A DNA stretch of 64,000 bases, from NCBI RefSeq assembly GCF_002854065.1, contig NZ_CP024147.1. One strand, 5' to 3'. Positions within the stretch are counted from its first letter, which is position 1; every line of letters starts with the position of its first letter. Source of the DNA: Escherichia coli. GTDB taxonomy: Bacteria > Pseudomonadota > Gammaproteobacteria > Enterobacterales > Enterobacteriaceae. Below, one piece after another: positions 21,840 through 33,352 of this stretch. Under the pieces are notes generated by a model. The model did no database searches and was not told the DNA's origin. It was given only the letters and a program-made list of their open reading frames with translations. The position numbers were made by a program, and so were the translations under genes.

Positions 21840-21877
21840 GGGGGAACCGCAGAATTCGGAAAAAATCGTACGCTAAG
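21840..21877. repeat. left terminal inverted repeat GGGGGAACCGCAGAATTCGGAAAAAATCGTACGCTAAG
   Basis: matches the right end in inverted orientation at 35 of 38 positions; whether the first G (21840) belongs to the repeat is ambiguous. Confidence 0.8.
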
Positions 21878-22028
21878 CTAACGGTGTTCTCGTGACAGCT
21901 CTTTGACTAGGCTTTCTAAGGCCATTCTGATAGCCCTGACTTCCTGAAAAGCCATGGCTAAAATTTGTGCGGCTAAAAGGGATAACCGATGGTAAAGTAA
22001 GTTATCCCTGTCGAGATACTGAAAAGCG

Positions 22029-23606
22029 TTATCCTCGTTTTTCCCAAAACTGTTTTGCCAGTTCGCTCAGAGCGCTAGTTAACTGAGCGACAGATTTCGC
22101 ACTTTGCAAATTATTCTGCCCGGTCTGTACATTGGTATCAGCAGCATCGCGTATATTGATAATACTGCGGTTTATGTCTTCACTTACTGCTCCCTGCTGC
22201 TCGACCGCAGTCGCTATTTGCGCGTTCATGTCGGTAATTTCGTTAACGCGTTGGCCAATTCCATCAAGAGCTGTAGCTGCTTCCTCTGCGTGAGCTACAC
22301 TCGTGTGCGCTTGCCGACTACTTTGCTCCATGACTGTAACAGCGGATTGCGCTCGCTCTTGTAGAGCGCTGATCATGCTTTGAATATCCGTTGTCGATTG
22401 CTGTGTGCGAGCAGCAAGACTGCGAACCTCATCGGCGACAACAGCAAAACCACGCCCCTGCTCACCAGCACGCGCGGCCTCAATTGCTGCGTTGAGTGCC
22501 AACAAATTCGTTTGCTCGGCGATCCCTCGTATAACGTCAAGAACTTTTGATATCTCGTTACTTTGACCTTCAAGCTCATGAATAACCTGAGTGGCTTGCC
22601 TAATTTCACCTTCAAGGGCAGTGATTGACTGGCTTGTGTGGGCTACCAGACGCTGGCCAGATGCCGTCTCAGTGTCTGCTCTTCCGGCCGCATCTGCAGC
22701 ATGCTGTGCATTGCTCGCAACCTCTTGAATGCTTGCCACCATTTGGTTTACTGCCGTTGCTATTTGATCTGTCTCTGCCTGCTGCTCAACTGTAAGTACA
22801 TTGCTTGACTCAATATCCTTTAGTAGGCCTCGGGTGTGTTCGCTAAGCCGATTTGATGCATCACCTATGCGACCTACTATGGCGCCTGTTTCAGCTTGCA
22901 TCATTCGTAAAGCAAACTCTATTTGGCCAAACTCATCGGTGCGCCCAGTGTAGAGGGATTGACTTAATGGGTTATTGGAAATATTCCTGGCTCTTTCAAC
23001 CAGTCTTCCAAGAGGAGAGAGAATAGCCAAAACACTAACAGAGCTTAAGCTTCCTGACATTAAAGTGGCTAACAATAAGCTGCTTATTGATGTATCAGTA
23101 AGCATGCCGGCAGCCATTGCGCTTGATATAATACTACCCCATATGAGCAAGAGTATTTTCACGGAAAAGCTAGCAGCCAATTTCGGCCTCGCGGCCTTCC
23201 CGCTTCTCAATTGAGCATATAATTTTTCCGCAGCCAAAACCTGCTCAGGTTCAGGCTTGGTCCTTACAGACTGGTATTCAACAATCGAACCATTCTTAGC
23301 TATTGGCGTTACATAAGCACTTACCCAATAGTGGTCGCCATTTTTACAGCGATTTTTTACTAGCCCCATCCATGAGCGGCCAGATTTTAATGTACTCCAC
23401 ATATGCTCAAATGCAGCAGGCGGCATATCTGGGTGTCTTACGATGTTGTGAGGCTGGCCTAATAGTTCTTCCTCAGTGAAACCACTGATTTTAATGAAGT
23501 CAGGATTAACGTACGTGATATGGCTTTGAGGGGAGGTAGTCGAAAGAATATTGGCATCTTTTGGGAGTTCTAAGTTTCGACCCGTCACTGGTAAATTCTG
23601 GCGCAT
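22029..23606 (-). CDS. Aer-like PAS-domain / methyl-accepting-chemotaxis signalling-domain protein (transposon cargo, orfI)
   Basis: 525-aa ORF; N-terminal PAS block resembling Aer ([37 protein letters not shown]), central hydrophobic segment, C-terminal MCP signalling region [35 protein letters not shown]. Confidence 0.85.
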   Translation of the reverse strand: MRQNLPVTGRNLELPKDANILSTTSPQSHITYVNPDFIKISGFTEEELLGQPHNIVRHPDMPPAAFEHMWSTLKSGRSWMGLVKNRCKNGDHYWVSAYVTPIAKNGSIVEYQSVRTKPEPEQVLAAEKLYAQLRSGKAARPKLAASFSVKILLLIWGSIISSAMAAGMLTDTSISSLLLATLMSGSLSSVSVLAILSPLGRLVERARNISNNPLSQSLYTGRTDEFGQIEFALRMMQAETGAIVGRIGDASNRLSEHTRGLLKDIESSNVLTVEQQAETDQIATAVNQMVASIQEVASNAQHAADAAGRADTETASGQRLVAHTSQSITALEGEIRQATQVIHELEGQSNEISKVLDVIRGIAEQTNLLALNAAIEAARAGEQGRGFAVVADEVRSLAARTQQSTTDIQSMISALQERAQSAVTVMEQSSRQAHTSVAHAEEAATALDGIGQRVNEITDMNAQIATAVEQQGAVSEDINRSIINIRDAADTNVQTGQNNLQSAKSVAQLTSALSELAKQFWEKRG

Positions 23607-23915
23607 AAGAACCTCAAGGGTTGGCTGTTTTATTTTATTGTTTTCGGCATTAAGCCCAATTTCTTGAGCGTTACGATAAAGCTAGCATGGAAACGATAGG
23701 TGCAAGCAAGTTAAGGGTTGCATCGCGCATGTCAATCTAGGCTATACCCTAACTTGATGTCAGGCAGGGCCGCGCCGCTTCGTCAGAATAGAGTCTGCTT
23801 TCCCATTTTTTGACACATGCCCGCGAAGGTTATAGATTTCAGCCTGACAGAAATGGGCTTTGAGGCACAACGGAACAGAAAGTGCACTTAAGCCGCCTTC
23901 AACCAAGGAGACATC
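23607..23915. promoter_or_regulatory. res (resolution) region with divergent promoters between orfI and tnpR
   Basis: TGTCAGGC...GCCTGACA-type dyads (about 23760..23860) upstream of tnpR, typical placement for Tn21-subgroup res sites; exact subsites not resolved. Confidence 0.5.
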
Positions 23916-24476
23916 GTGCAGGGGCACCGCATCGGCTACGTCCGGGTCAGCAGCTTTGACCAGAACCCGGAACGCCAGCTGGAACAAACCCAGGTGAGCA
24001 AGGTGTTCACCGACAAGGCATCGGGCAAGGACACCCAGCGCCCCCAGCTCGAAGCGCTGCTGAGCTTCGTCCGCGAAGGCGATACAGTGGTGGTGCACAG
24101 CATGGATCGGCTGGCCCGCAACCTCGATGACCTGCGTCGCTTGGTACAGAAGCTGACTCAGCGCGGCGTGCGCATCGAGTTCCTGAAGGAGGGCCTGGTG
24201 TTCACTGGCGAGGACTCGCCGATGGCCAACCTGATGCTGTCGGTGATGGGGGCCTTCGCTGAGTTCGAGCGCGCCCTGATCCGCGAGCGGCAGCGTGAGG
24301 GCATCGCCTTGGCCAAGCAGCGTGGCGCGTACCGGGGCCGCAAGAAAGCCCTGTCCGATGAGCAGGCTGCTACCCTGCGGCAGCGAGCGACGGCCGGCGA
24401 GCCCAAGGCGCAGCTTGCCCGCGAGTTCAACATCAGCCGGGAAACCCTCTACCAGTACCTCCGCACGGACGACTGA
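23916..24476 (+). CDS. tnpR: serine resolvase TnpR
   Basis: 186 aa, GTG start with AAGGAG RBS; catalytic N-terminus IGYVRVSSFDQN and C-terminal HTH. Confidence 0.95.
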   Translation: MQGHRIGYVRVSSFDQNPERQLEQTQVSKVFTDKASGKDTQRPQLEALLSFVREGDTVVVHSMDRLARNLDDLRRLVQKLTQRGVRIEFLKEGLVFTGEDSPMANLMLSVMGAFAEFERALIRERQREGIALAKQRGAYRGRKKALSDEQAATLRQRATAGEPKAQLAREFNISRETLYQYLRTDD

Positions 24477-24479
24477 CAC

Positions 24480-27446
24480 ATGCCGCGTCGCTTGATCCTC
24501 TCGGCCACGGAGCGGGACACCCTGCTTGCGCTGCCGGAAAGCCAGGATGACCTGATCCGCTACTACACCTTCAACGACTCCGACCTGTCGCTGATCCGCC
24601 AGCGACGCGGCGACGCCAACCGCCTCGGCTTCGCCGTGCAGCTCTGCCTGCTGCGCTACCCCGGTTACGCGCTGGGAACCGACAGCGAGCTGCCCGAGCC
24701 GGTCATCCTGTGGGTGGCGAAGCAAGTCCAGGCCGAGCCGGCGAGCTGGGCAAAGTACGGCGAGCGCGACGTGACCCGTCGCGAGCATGCCCAGGAACTG
24801 CGCACCTACCTGCAACTGGCCCCGTTCGGCCTGTCCGACTTCCGCGCCCTGGTGCGCGAGCTAACCGAGCTGGCCCAGCAGACCGACAAAGGCTTGCTGC
24901 TGGCCGGTCAGGCCCTGGAGAGCCTACGGCAGAAACGACGCATCCTGCCGGCGCTGAGCGTGATTGACCGGGCCTGCTCGGAAGCCATTGCGCGAGCCAA
25001 TCGGCGGGTCTACCGCGCCCTGGTCGAACCACTCACGGACTCGCATCGGGCCAAGCTGGACGAGCTGTTGAAGCTCAAGGCCGGCAGCAGCATCACCTGG
25101 TTGACCTGGCTGCGCCAGGCACCGCTGAAACCCAACTCTCGGCACATGCTGGAACACATCGAGCGGCTGAAGACATTTCAGTTGGTGGACTTGCCCGAAG
25201 GCCTGGGCCGGCACATCCACCAGAACCGCCTGCTCAAGCTGGCCCGCGAGGGTGGGCAGATGACGCCCAAAGACCTCGGTAAGTTCGAGCCGCAGCGCCG
25301 CTACGCGACCCTGGCCGCCGTGGTGCTGGAGAGCACCGCGACCGTGATCGATGAGCTGGTCGATCTGCATGACCGCATCCTGGTCAAGCTGTTCAGCGGC
25401 GCGAAGCACAAGCATCAGCAGCAGTTCCAGAAGCAGGGCAAGGCGATCAACGACAAGGTGCGCCTGTACTCCAGGATCGGCCAGGCGCTGCTGGAAGCGA
25501 AGGAAAGCGGCAGCGACCCCTATGCCGCCATCGAGGCGGTGATTCCCTGGGACGAGTTCACCGAGAGCGTCAGCGAGGCCGAGCTGCTGGCCCGGCCGGA
25601 AGGCTTCGACCACCTGCACCTGGTCGGCGAGAACTTCGCCACCCTGCGCCGTTACACGCCGGCCTTGCTGGAGGTGCTGGAACTGCGCGCCGCGCCGGCC
25701 GCGCAAGGCGTGCTGGCAGCCGTGCAGACCCTGCGTGAGATGAACGCCGACAACCTGCGCAAGGTGCCGGCCGATGCACCCACGGCCTTCATCAAGCCGC
25801 GCTGGAAGCCGCTGGTGATCACCCCGGAAGGCCTCGACCGGAAATTCTACGAAATCTGCGCCCTGTCCGAGCTGAAGAACGCCCTGCGCTCCGGCGACAT
25901 CTGGGTCAAGGGCTCGCGGCAGTTCCGCGACTTCGACGACTACCTGCTGCCGGCCGAGAAGTTCGCCGCACTCAAGCGCGAGCAGGCCCTGCCCCTGGCG
26001 ATCAACCCGAACAGCGACCAGTACCTGGAAGAGCGTTTGCAGCTGCTGGACGAGCAGTTGGCCACCGTCACCCGCCTGGCCAAGGACAACGAGCTGCCCG
26101 ATGCCATCCTCACCGAGTCAGGGCTGAAAATCACCCCGCTGGATGCGGCGGTGCCGGATCGGGCGCAGGCGCTGATCGACCAAACCAGCCAGTTACTGCC
26201 GCGCATCAAGATCACCGAACTGCTGATGGACGTGGACGACTGGACGGGCTTCAGCCGCCACTTCACCCACTTGAAGGACGGGGCCGAGGCCAAAGACAGG
26301 ACGTTGCTGCTGTCCGCAATCCTCGGTGATGCGATCAACCTCGGGCTGACCAAGATGGCCGAGTCGAGCCCCGGCCTGACCTACGCCAAGCTGTCCTGGC
26401 TGCAAGCCTGGCACATCCGCGACGAAACCTATTCGGCGGCCTTGGCCGAGCTGGTCAACCACCAGTATCGCCACGCCTTTGCCGCCCACTGGGGCGACGG
26501 CACGACCTCATCCTCCGATGGCCAGTGCTTCCGCGCGGGTGGCCGGGGCGAGAGCACCGGGCACGTCAACCCGAAGTACGGTAGCGAGCCGGGACGGCTG
26601 TTCTATACCCATATCTCCGACCAGTACGCGCCGTTCAGCACCCGCGTGGTGAATGTCGGCGTCCGCGATTCCACCTATGTGCTCGACGGCCTGCTGTACC
26701 ACGAGTCCGACCTGCGGATCGAGGAGCACTACACCGACACGGCCGGCTTCACCGATCACGTCTTTGCCCTGATGCACCTGCTAGGCTTCCGCTTCGCGCC
26801 GCGCATCCGCGACCTCGGCGAAACCAAGCTGTACGTGCCGCAGGGCGTGCAAGCCTACCCGACGTTGCGCCCGCTGATCGGCGGCACCCTGAACATCAAG
26901 CACGTGCGTGCCCACTGGGACGACATCCTGCGCCTGGCCAGCTCGATCAAGCAGGGCACCGTCACCGCCTCGCTGATGCTGCGCAAGCTCGGCAGCTACC
27001 CGCGCCAGAACGGACTGGCCGTGGCCCTGCGCGAGCTGGGCCGGATCGAGCGCACGCTGTTCATCCTGGACTGGCTGCAAAGTGTTGAACTGCGCCGCCG
27101 CGTGCATGCCGGCCTGAACAAAGGTGAGGCGCGCAACTCGCTGGCCAGGGCGGTGTTCTTCAACCGCCTTGGGGAAATCAGGGATCGGAGCTTCGAGCAG
27201 CAGCGCTACCGGGCCAGCGGCCTCAACCTGGTGACGGCGGCTATCGTGCTGTGGAACACGGTGTACCTGGAACGCGCCACCCAGGGGTTGGTCGAGGCCG
27301 GCAAGCCGGTGGACGGCGAGCTGCTGCAATTCCTGTCGCCGCTGGGCTGGGAGCACATCAACCTAACCGGCGATTACGTCTGGCGGCAGAGCCGCAGACT
27401 GGAAGACGGGAAGTTTCGGCCCTTACGGATGCCCGGAAAACCTTAG
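24480..27446 (+). CDS. tnpA: Tn3-family DDE transposase TnpA
   Basis: 988-aa ORF starting 4 bp after the tnpR stop; length and organisation typical of Tn21-subgroup transposases. Confidence 0.95.
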   Translation: MPRRLILSATERDTLLALPESQDDLIRYYTFNDSDLSLIRQRRGDANRLGFAVQLCLLRYPGYALGTDSELPEPVILWVAKQVQAEPASWAKYGERDVTRREHAQELRTYLQLAPFGLSDFRALVRELTELAQQTDKGLLLAGQALESLRQKRRILPALSVIDRACSEAIARANRRVYRALVEPLTDSHRAKLDELLKLKAGSSITWLTWLRQAPLKPNSRHMLEHIERLKTFQLVDLPEGLGRHIHQNRLLKLAREGGQMTPKDLGKFEPQRRYATLAAVVLESTATVIDELVDLHDRILVKLFSGAKHKHQQQFQKQGKAINDKVRLYSRIGQALLEAKESGSDPYAAIEAVIPWDEFTESVSEAELLARPEGFDHLHLVGENFATLRRYTPALLEVLELRAAPAAQGVLAAVQTLREMNADNLRKVPADAPTAFIKPRWKPLVITPEGLDRKFYEICALSELKNALRSGDIWVKGSRQFRDFDDYLLPAEKFAALKREQALPLAINPNSDQYLEERLQLLDEQLATVTRLAKDNELPDAILTESGLKITPLDAAVPDRAQALIDQTSQLLPRIKITELLMDVDDWTGFSRHFTHLKDGAEAKDRTLLLSAILGDAINLGLTKMAESSPGLTYAKLSWLQAWHIRDETYSAALAELVNHQYRHAFAAHWGDGTTSSSDGQCFRAGGRGESTGHVNPKYGSEPGRLFYTHISDQYAPFSTRVVNVGVRDSTYVLDGLLYHESDLRIEEHYTDTAGFTDHVFALMHLLGFRFAPRIRDLGETKLYVPQGVQAYPTLRPLIGGTLNIKHVRAHWDDILRLASSIKQGTVTASLMLRKLGSYPRQNGLAVALRELGRIERTLFILDWLQSVELRRRVHAGLNKGEARNSLARAVFFNRLGEIRDRSFEQQRYRASGLNLVTAAIVLWNTVYLERATQGLVEAGKPVDGELLQFLSPLGWEHINLTGDYVWRQSRRLEDGKFRPLRMPGKP

Positions 27447-27479
27447 CGTACGATTTTTTCCGAATTCTGCGGGCTCCCC
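27442..27479. repeat. right terminal inverted repeat (complement reads GGGGAGCCCGCAGAATTCGGAAAAAATCGTACGCTAAG)
   Basis: inverted copy of the left end; overlaps the last codons of tnpA. Confidence 0.85.
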
Positions 27480-27877
27480 TGTATTGAGTGTTAGTTGGAG
27501 GTGGGAAGGTGTCAATTTGGCTAATTTGCTAATACTTTCGAATTGATAGATTAAAAATTGCATAGTTCTTATTTTATTTAAAAATGAACTATGAGTTATT
27601 GTTGCTTAATAAGAAAACTGTTTCTTTCAATAGGAAAATTATCATCATCATATTTAACAAAGAATGGCACTAATTGCTAAAAATCGAAGTTTATTAAACC
27701 CCTTTTGCATCCATTAATGTCTTTAGGAATATTCGTTATAAAATAAGGGTTATGCTTAATGCTTTAAGAAAAATAGCAATTTCCCCTTGAATATATTACT
27801 GGTGATGGAAGGATGAATCTGCAAGCTGGCATTTAACAAGCCAGTTCTAAAAGAAGGGAAATAAGAATAACTATACT

Positions 27878-27916
27878 CAAAAACTAACAGCCACGGTCAT
27901 CATGATGTGGCTGTCA
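27878..27916 (-). terminator. rho-independent terminator-like hairpin downstream of lsrK
   Basis: stem ACAGCCAC...GTGGCTGT (27888..27915) followed on the minus strand by a T-run. Confidence 0.45.
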
Positions 27917-27922
27917 ATGAAA

Positions 27923-29515
27923 CTATAACCCAGGCGCTTTCCATAACGACGTCGTCAGTCCATGATCAACCAGCCCCAGCTGATCCTGATAAACTGCCTG
28001 CCACTTATCGCGTGAATCCTGATAAAGTTCATGCTTTTCCGGGTCTGGTGTGTGCGTCCGTTCCCAGCGAACCAGGCGTTCTCCGGTTTCTGCCATTGAT
28101 GAAAAAATTCCGGCACCGACGCCAGCTGCAATGGCACATCCTAATGCAGTGGCTTCTTTGACCACCGGAATATTGACGGGTAATCCCGAGACATCAGCGA
28201 GAATTTGACTCCATAATTTCCCTTTTGAACCTCCGCCTGCAAAGACTAACGATGAAGGATGAATATTCGAGAAATCAGCAATTTGCTGCAAGTTACACGC
28301 TGATACAATCGCCGCATTTTCTTCCAGCGCACGAAACAATGTCGCTTTGTTACATTTATCCGGGTCAATGGATAAGTTAATAAAGGAAGGTGCGGCGTGA
28401 TACCAGGTTTTAAAGCGCATTCTGTCGGAGAATATCGGCATTACGCCCCACGACCCAGGCGGCACCCGACTGGCCATCTCTTCCAGCAGCGTATAGGTGT
28501 CGATGCCTAAACGTTCGGCAATCAGTTTTTCTTCGGCACAGAAAGCATCGCGGAACCAGCGCATGGTGAGTCCGGTAAAAAAGCTTATAGATTCAGCTTG
28601 TACCATGCCAGGAATAACATGGGGATTAACGCGCACGTTCATTTCTGGGTCTGTCACCGGCGCGGCTAAGTTTACAACTTGCTGCCAGAATGTGCCGCCA
28701 AGAACCGCGGTTTGTGCCGGACGCACAACGCCTAACCCCAGGCAACCAAGCTGCACGTCGCCTCCTCCCACGAACACCGGAGTGCCCGCCTTCAGACCGC
28801 AGAGTTCCGCCGCTTGTGAACTTACCACGCCCAGCAATGTGCCGGTTTCTTTGACAGGAGAAAGAATATCGGCACGCAGGCCAGCCATATCCAGCAATGC
28901 AGGTTTCCAGTCACGGATGGTTAGATCAAGAAGTCCCGTGGTGCCAGCGTTAGAGGGATCCACCGCAAGTTCGCCGCTGAGCATATAGGCCAGCCAGTCG
29001 CTGATCATGGTGATGGTTGATGCCTGACGGTAAATATCGGAACGATGGTGCGCCAGCCAAAGTAATCTGGGGATGGCACTTAAAGCCAGCGTTTGTCCGG
29101 TCGCGCGATAAACTTCGTTTTCAAAGGTATTGTTGTGCAGTTCTTTAAGTTCGCTAACTTCGCGCGCCGCTCTGGCATCCACATTGGCGCAGGCCCAGAT
29201 CGGTGTTCCTTCATTGTTATATAAAACAATGCCTTCACGCATCGAACATGCCGAAACGGCAGCGATATACTCCGGGGCTATGCCGGCGTTGTGCAGCGCC
29301 TGGCGCATACACTCACACGCCAGTTGCCAGTTTTTGTTGAGATCAAATTCCATAGAACCAGGAACGTCCGGTACTGCCAGATGCCGCCACTCCGCCTGTC
29401 CCACTGCTATTTGATTGCCTTCCAGGTCGAATATCACAGCCCGAATACTTCCGGTGCCTGCATCCAGCGCCATCAGGTAATACTTTGATTCTGAAGGGGT
29501 AAAGAGTCGAGCCAT
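27923..29515 (-). CDS. lsrK: autoinducer-2 kinase (FGGY carbohydrate kinase family)
   Basis: 530-aa ORF; FGGY-family N-terminus [11 protein letters not shown]; adjacent to lsrR and divergent from the lsr operon. Confidence 0.9.
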   Translation of the reverse strand: MARLFTPSESKYYLMALDAGTGSIRAVIFDLEGNQIAVGQAEWRHLAVPDVPGSMEFDLNKNWQLACECMRQALHNAGIAPEYIAAVSACSMREGIVLYNNEGTPIWACANVDARAAREVSELKELHNNTFENEVYRATGQTLALSAIPRLLWLAHHRSDIYRQASTITMISDWLAYMLSGELAVDPSNAGTTGLLDLTIRDWKPALLDMAGLRADILSPVKETGTLLGVVSSQAAELCGLKAGTPVFVGGGDVQLGCLGLGVVRPAQTAVLGGTFWQQVVNLAAPVTDPEMNVRVNPHVIPGMVQAESISFFTGLTMRWFRDAFCAEEKLIAERLGIDTYTLLEEMASRVPPGSWGVMPIFSDRMRFKTWYHAAPSFINLSIDPDKCNKATLFRALEENAAIVSACNLQQIADFSNIHPSSLVFAGGGSKGKLWSQILADVSGLPVNIPVVKEATALGCAIAAGVGAGIFSSMAETGERLVRWERTHTPDPEKHELYQDSRDKWQAVYQDQLGLVDHGLTTSLWKAPGL

Positions 29516-29593
29516 TAGATTATCCTCGGCTTATGCGTTCTGTCTGTTCCTCTATACGTTCTCCATCATTCCCGGTAATAAGGTCATGCAAAT

Positions 29594-30547
29594 TTAACTA
29601 CGTAAAATCGCCGCTGCTGTGTCCTGATCGGTAACCAGTGCGTTGATATAACCGCCTTTCATTGCAGCGGCAATTGCTTCGGCTTTATTTTCTCCCCCTG
29701 CCACGCCAACCCGGACGGGTATGGTCTTCAGCGCGCTTAAAGGTAAACCAATCAGTTCGTTATGTATTTTAATATCCGTGACAGCGTCACCTTTTGCATC
29801 AAAAAAGTAGCCTAAAATGTCGCCAACCGCCCCTTTTCGGCCAATCATTAACTGTTCGCCCTGGCTGATATAACCGGAGCGAATGATCGTCGCGTCGTCT
29901 TGTTGACTCACGGCCCCAATGCCGACAATCGCCACATCCGCTGCTTGCGCGGCTAACAGAACATCTTTGACGCAATTTTCATTTTTTAGCGTACGGGCAA
30001 TGTCAGCGGAGGATGCCCGCAACGGAGCCGGAATAATATTCACACTGCACGCCGCGTTAAGCTGCCCGATACCCGTCATATAAGAACCGACGCCACCGGA
30101 GAGCGTGACCAGGCGAATTTGCTGTGACGAAATAAAACCACTTAAGCGTTGCAGCGTATTCATGGTTGCCTCGCCAAAACCAATCGCCAGCATCTGTTGT
30201 GGTTGAAGTAAACTCATCAACATATGCGCCGCGCCTATCCCCAGTCGCCCGCCGACATCAGCATCGGCAAGCCCAGGGATCACTCGGACATGTTGCAGCG
30301 AAAACTGACGACGTAATTGTGTTTCATATTCCAGACAGCCTTCAAAGCGAGAATTAATCTGCACGCGAATGATGCCGGACTGATGCCCTTTCTCCAGTAA
30401 TCGCGACACTTTCAAACGGGTCAGGCCGAGACGATCGCTGATCTCACTCTGGGTCAGCCCGTCGTGGTAGTAAAACCACGCGATCCGCGCGACCTGTTCT
30501 TCTTCACACATTCCCTGTTCTGAAATTACCGAATCGTTGATTGTCAT
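29594..30547 (-). CDS. lsrR: SorC-family repressor of the lsr operon
   Basis: 317-aa ORF with N-terminal HTH and sugar-phosphate-binding C-terminal domain. Confidence 0.9.
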   Translation of the reverse strand: MTINDSVISEQGMCEEEQVARIAWFYYHDGLTQSEISDRLGLTRLKVSRLLEKGHQSGIIRVQINSRFEGCLEYETQLRRQFSLQHVRVIPGLADADVGGRLGIGAAHMLMSLLQPQQMLAIGFGEATMNTLQRLSGFISSQQIRLVTLSGGVGSYMTGIGQLNAACSVNIIPAPLRASSADIARTLKNENCVKDVLLAAQAADVAIVGIGAVSQQDDATIIRSGYISQGEQLMIGRKGAVGDILGYFFDAKGDAVTDIKIHNELIGLPLSALKTIPVRVGVAGGENKAEAIAAAMKGGYINALVTDQDTAAAILRS

Positions 30548-30615
30548 AATTCATTCTTCACTTTGAACATATTTAAATCTTTAATGCAATTGTTCAGTTC
30601 TTGCGCATTTATATC

Positions 30616-30631
30616 TGTGATGGCAACCACA
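30616..30631. promoter_or_regulatory. candidate CRP site TGTGATGGCAACCACA in the lsrR-lsrA divergent promoter region
   Basis: TGTGA-N6-CCACA resembles the CRP consensus TGTGA-N6-TCACA; the lsr operon is known to be cAMP-CRP dependent. Confidence 0.35.
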
Positions 30632-30795
30632 GTTTGACTCTACGAGCATGAACAAACGCAACCGTGAAAATCAAAATAGCATAAATTGTGATCTATTCGT
30701 CGGAAATATGTGCAATGTCCACCTAAGGTTATGAACAAATTAAAAGCAGAAATACATTTGTTCAAAACTCACCTGCAAAACTGAACGGGGGAAAT

Positions 30796-32330
30796 ATGCA
30801 AACGAGTGATACCCGCGCGTTACCGCTACTTTGCGCCCGCTCGGTTTATAAACAGTATTCAGGGGTTAATGTCCTGAAAGGCATCGATTTTACGTTGCAC
30901 CAGGGGGAGGTCCACGCCCTGTTCGGCGGCAATGGTGCCGGTAAATCGACGTTAATGAAGATTATTGCCGGTATTACCCCTGCTGATAGCGGTACGCTGG
31001 AGATTGGGGGCAACAACTACGTCAGATTAACGCCAGTTCATGCTCATCAGCTGGGTATTTATCTCGTTCCCCAGGAACCGCTGCTTTTCCCAAGCCTGTC
31101 GATAAAAGAAAACATCCTGTTTGGGCTGGCAAAAAAACAGCTCTCCATGCAGAAAATGAAGAACTTGCTGGCGGCGCTGGGCTGCCAGTTTGATCTGCAT
31201 AGTCTGGCAGGATCGCTGGATGTCGCCGATCGCCAAATGGTGGAAATCCTCCGCGGGCTGATGCGCGACTCGCGGATTCTGATCCTCGATGAACCTACCG
31301 CCTCGCTTACCCCTGCGGAAACCGAACGCTTGTTTAGTCGCTTGCAAGAGCTGCTTGCTACTGGCGTGGGTATTGTTTTTATCTCGCATAAGCTGCCGGA
31401 AATTCGCCAGATTGCCGATCGAATTAGCGTGATGCGCGACGGAACCATCGCCTTAAGCGGCAAAACCAGCGAACTGTCTACCGACGACATTATTCAGGCC
31501 ATCACCCCAGCGGTACGGGAAAATCGCTCTCTGCCAGCCAAAAATTATGGCTGGAGTTACCTGGCAACCGCCCACAACATGCCGCAGGAACGTCGGTGCT
31601 GACACTGGAAAATCTGACTGGCGAAGGTTTCAGGAATGTCAGCCTGACGCTAAATGCCGGAGAAATTCTGGGTCTGGCTGGGCTGGTGGGTGCCGGACGC
31701 ACAGAACTGGCCGAGACGCTCTATGGTCTACGTACTTTGCGTGGCGGACGCATTATGCTGAATGATAAAGAGATCAATAGATTATCCACTGGAGAACGTT
31801 TACTGCGCGGTCTGGTTTATCTGCCGGAAGATCGCCAGTCATCCGGACTGAATCTCGATGCTTCGCTGGCCTGGAACGTCTGCGCCCTTACTCATAACCT
31901 TCGTGGATTCTGGGCGAAAACCGCGAAAGATAATGCCACCCTGGAACGTTATCGTCGGGCGCTGAATATTAAATATAACCAACCGGAACAAGCTGCACGG
32001 ACATTATCCGGTGGTAACCAGCAAAAAATCCTGATTGCCAAATGCCTGGAAGCTTCGCCGCAAGTATTGATTGTCGATGAGCCGACGCGCGGCGTGGATG
32101 TCTCGGCGCGTAATGATATCTACCAACTGTTGCGCAGCATCGCCGCACAGAATGTGGCTGTGCTGCTTATCTCCTCTGATCTGGAAGAGATCGAACTGAT
32201 GGCAGATCGTGTGTATGTGATGCATCAGGGCGAAATTACCCACTCTGCACTGACCGGGCGCGATATTAATGTCGAGACTATTATGCGCGTTGCCTTCGGC
32301 GATAGTCAGCGTCAGGAGGCGTCATGCTGA
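30796..32330 (+). pseudogene. lsrA: AI-2 ABC transporter ATPase LsrA, split by a -1 frameshift in an A-run into ORFs 30796..31602 and 31596..32330
   Basis: two ABC ATPase halves (Walker [10 protein letters not shown] and GLVGAGRTE) in different frames; adding one A to the A4 run at 31520..31523 gives a continuous ~511-aa protein. Confidence 0.8.
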
Positions 32331-33352
32331 AGTTTATTCAGAACAACCGTGAAATCACGGCACTGCTGGCGGTGGTGCTGCTGTTTGTATTACCCGGTTT
32401 TCTCGACCGCCAGTATTTAAGTGTGCAAACGCTGACCATGGTTTATAGCAGCGCGCAAATCCTGATCCTGCTGGCAATGGGCGCGACGCTGGTAATGCTT
32501 ACGCGCAATATTGATGTTTCAGTGGGTTCGATTACCGGAATGTGCGCGGTGCTGTTGGGGATGTTACTGAACGCAGGATATTCACTACCTGTTGCCTGTG
32601 TCGCGACTTTACTGCTTGGTTTGCTCGCGGGATTTTTCAACGGTGTCCTGGTCGCGTGGCTAAAGATCCCTGCCATTGTTGCCACCCTTGGCACGTTAGG
32701 GTTGTACAGAGGCATCATGTTGCTGTGGACTGGCGGTAAATGGATTGAAGGGTTACCCGCCGAACTGAAACAACTCTCCGCCCCGCTACTGTTTGGCGTT
32801 TCCGCGATTGGTTGGTTGACGATAATTCTGGTGGCATTTATTGCCTGGCTGCTGGCAAAGACGGCGTTTGGACGCAGTTTTTATGCCACAGGCGATAATT
32901 TACAGGGCGCTCGTCAACTGGGCGTTCGTACGGAAGCCATTCGCATTGTGGCATTTTCGTTGAACGGCTGCATGGCGGCACTGGCGGGAATTGTGTTTGC
33001 TTCGCAGATTGGTTTTATCCCCAACCAGACCGGTACCGGGCTGGAGATGAAAGCAATTGCAGCCTGCGTGCTGGGCGGCATTAGTTTGCTCGGCGGTTCC
33101 GGTGCGATCATCGGTGCGGTACTCGGCGCATGGTTCCTGACGCAGATCGATAGTGTACTGGTGCTGTTGCGCATTCCGGCATGGTGGAACGATTTTATCG
33201 CGGGCCTCGTGCTGCTGGCGGTGCTGGTGTTTGATGGACGCCTGCGTTGCGCGCTGGAACGTAATCTGCGGCGGCAAAAATATGCCCGCTTTATGACGCC
33301 ACCGCCATCCGTTAAACCCGCTTCGTCAGGTAAAAAACGGGAGGCTGCATAA
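32324..33352 (+). CDS. lsrC: AI-2 ABC transporter permease
   Basis: 342-aa polytopic membrane ORF overlapping the lsrA stop. Confidence 0.9.
   Translation: MLKFIQNNREITALLAVVLLFVLPGFLDRQYLSVQTLTMVYSSAQILILLAMGATLVMLTRNIDVSVGSITGMCAVLLGMLLNAGYSLPVACVATLLLGLLAGFFNGVLVAWLKIPAIVATLGTLGLYRGIMLLWTGGKWIEGLPAELKQLSAPLLFGVSAIGWLTIILVAFIAWLLAKTAFGRSFYATGDNLQGARQLGVRTEAIRIVAFSLNGCMAALAGIVFASQIGFIPNQTGTGLEMKAIAACVLGGISLLGGSGAIIGAVLGAWFLTQIDSVLVLLRIPAWWNDFIAGLVLLAVLVFDGRLRCALERNLRRQKYARFMTPPPSVKPASSGKKREAA

Larger units (their letters stand above)
21840..27479 (+). mobile_element. Tn1722-like (Tn1721/Tn501 family, Tn3 superfamily) transposon, apparently complete
   Basis: 38-bp terminal inverted repeats, divergent Aer-like orfI, res region, tnpR and tnpA co-directional; abrupt rise in GC content relative to AT-rich flanks. 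Confidence 0.9.

Noticed and set aside
23760-27356. Many long minus-strand ORFs inside the transposon (for example 23760..24815 of 351 aa, 24924..25706 of 260 aa, 26781..27356 of 191 aa)
   Set aside because: They lie antisense to tnpR/tnpA in GC-rich DNA where stop codons are rare; the translations are low-complexity Arg/Ala/Gly/Pro-rich with no motifs. Treated as spurious.
30687-30702. Second CRP-like site TGTGATCTATTCGTCG in the lsr intergenic region
   Set aside because: The right half-site is a poor match to TCACA; only the better site at 30616..30631 is listed, itself at low confidence.
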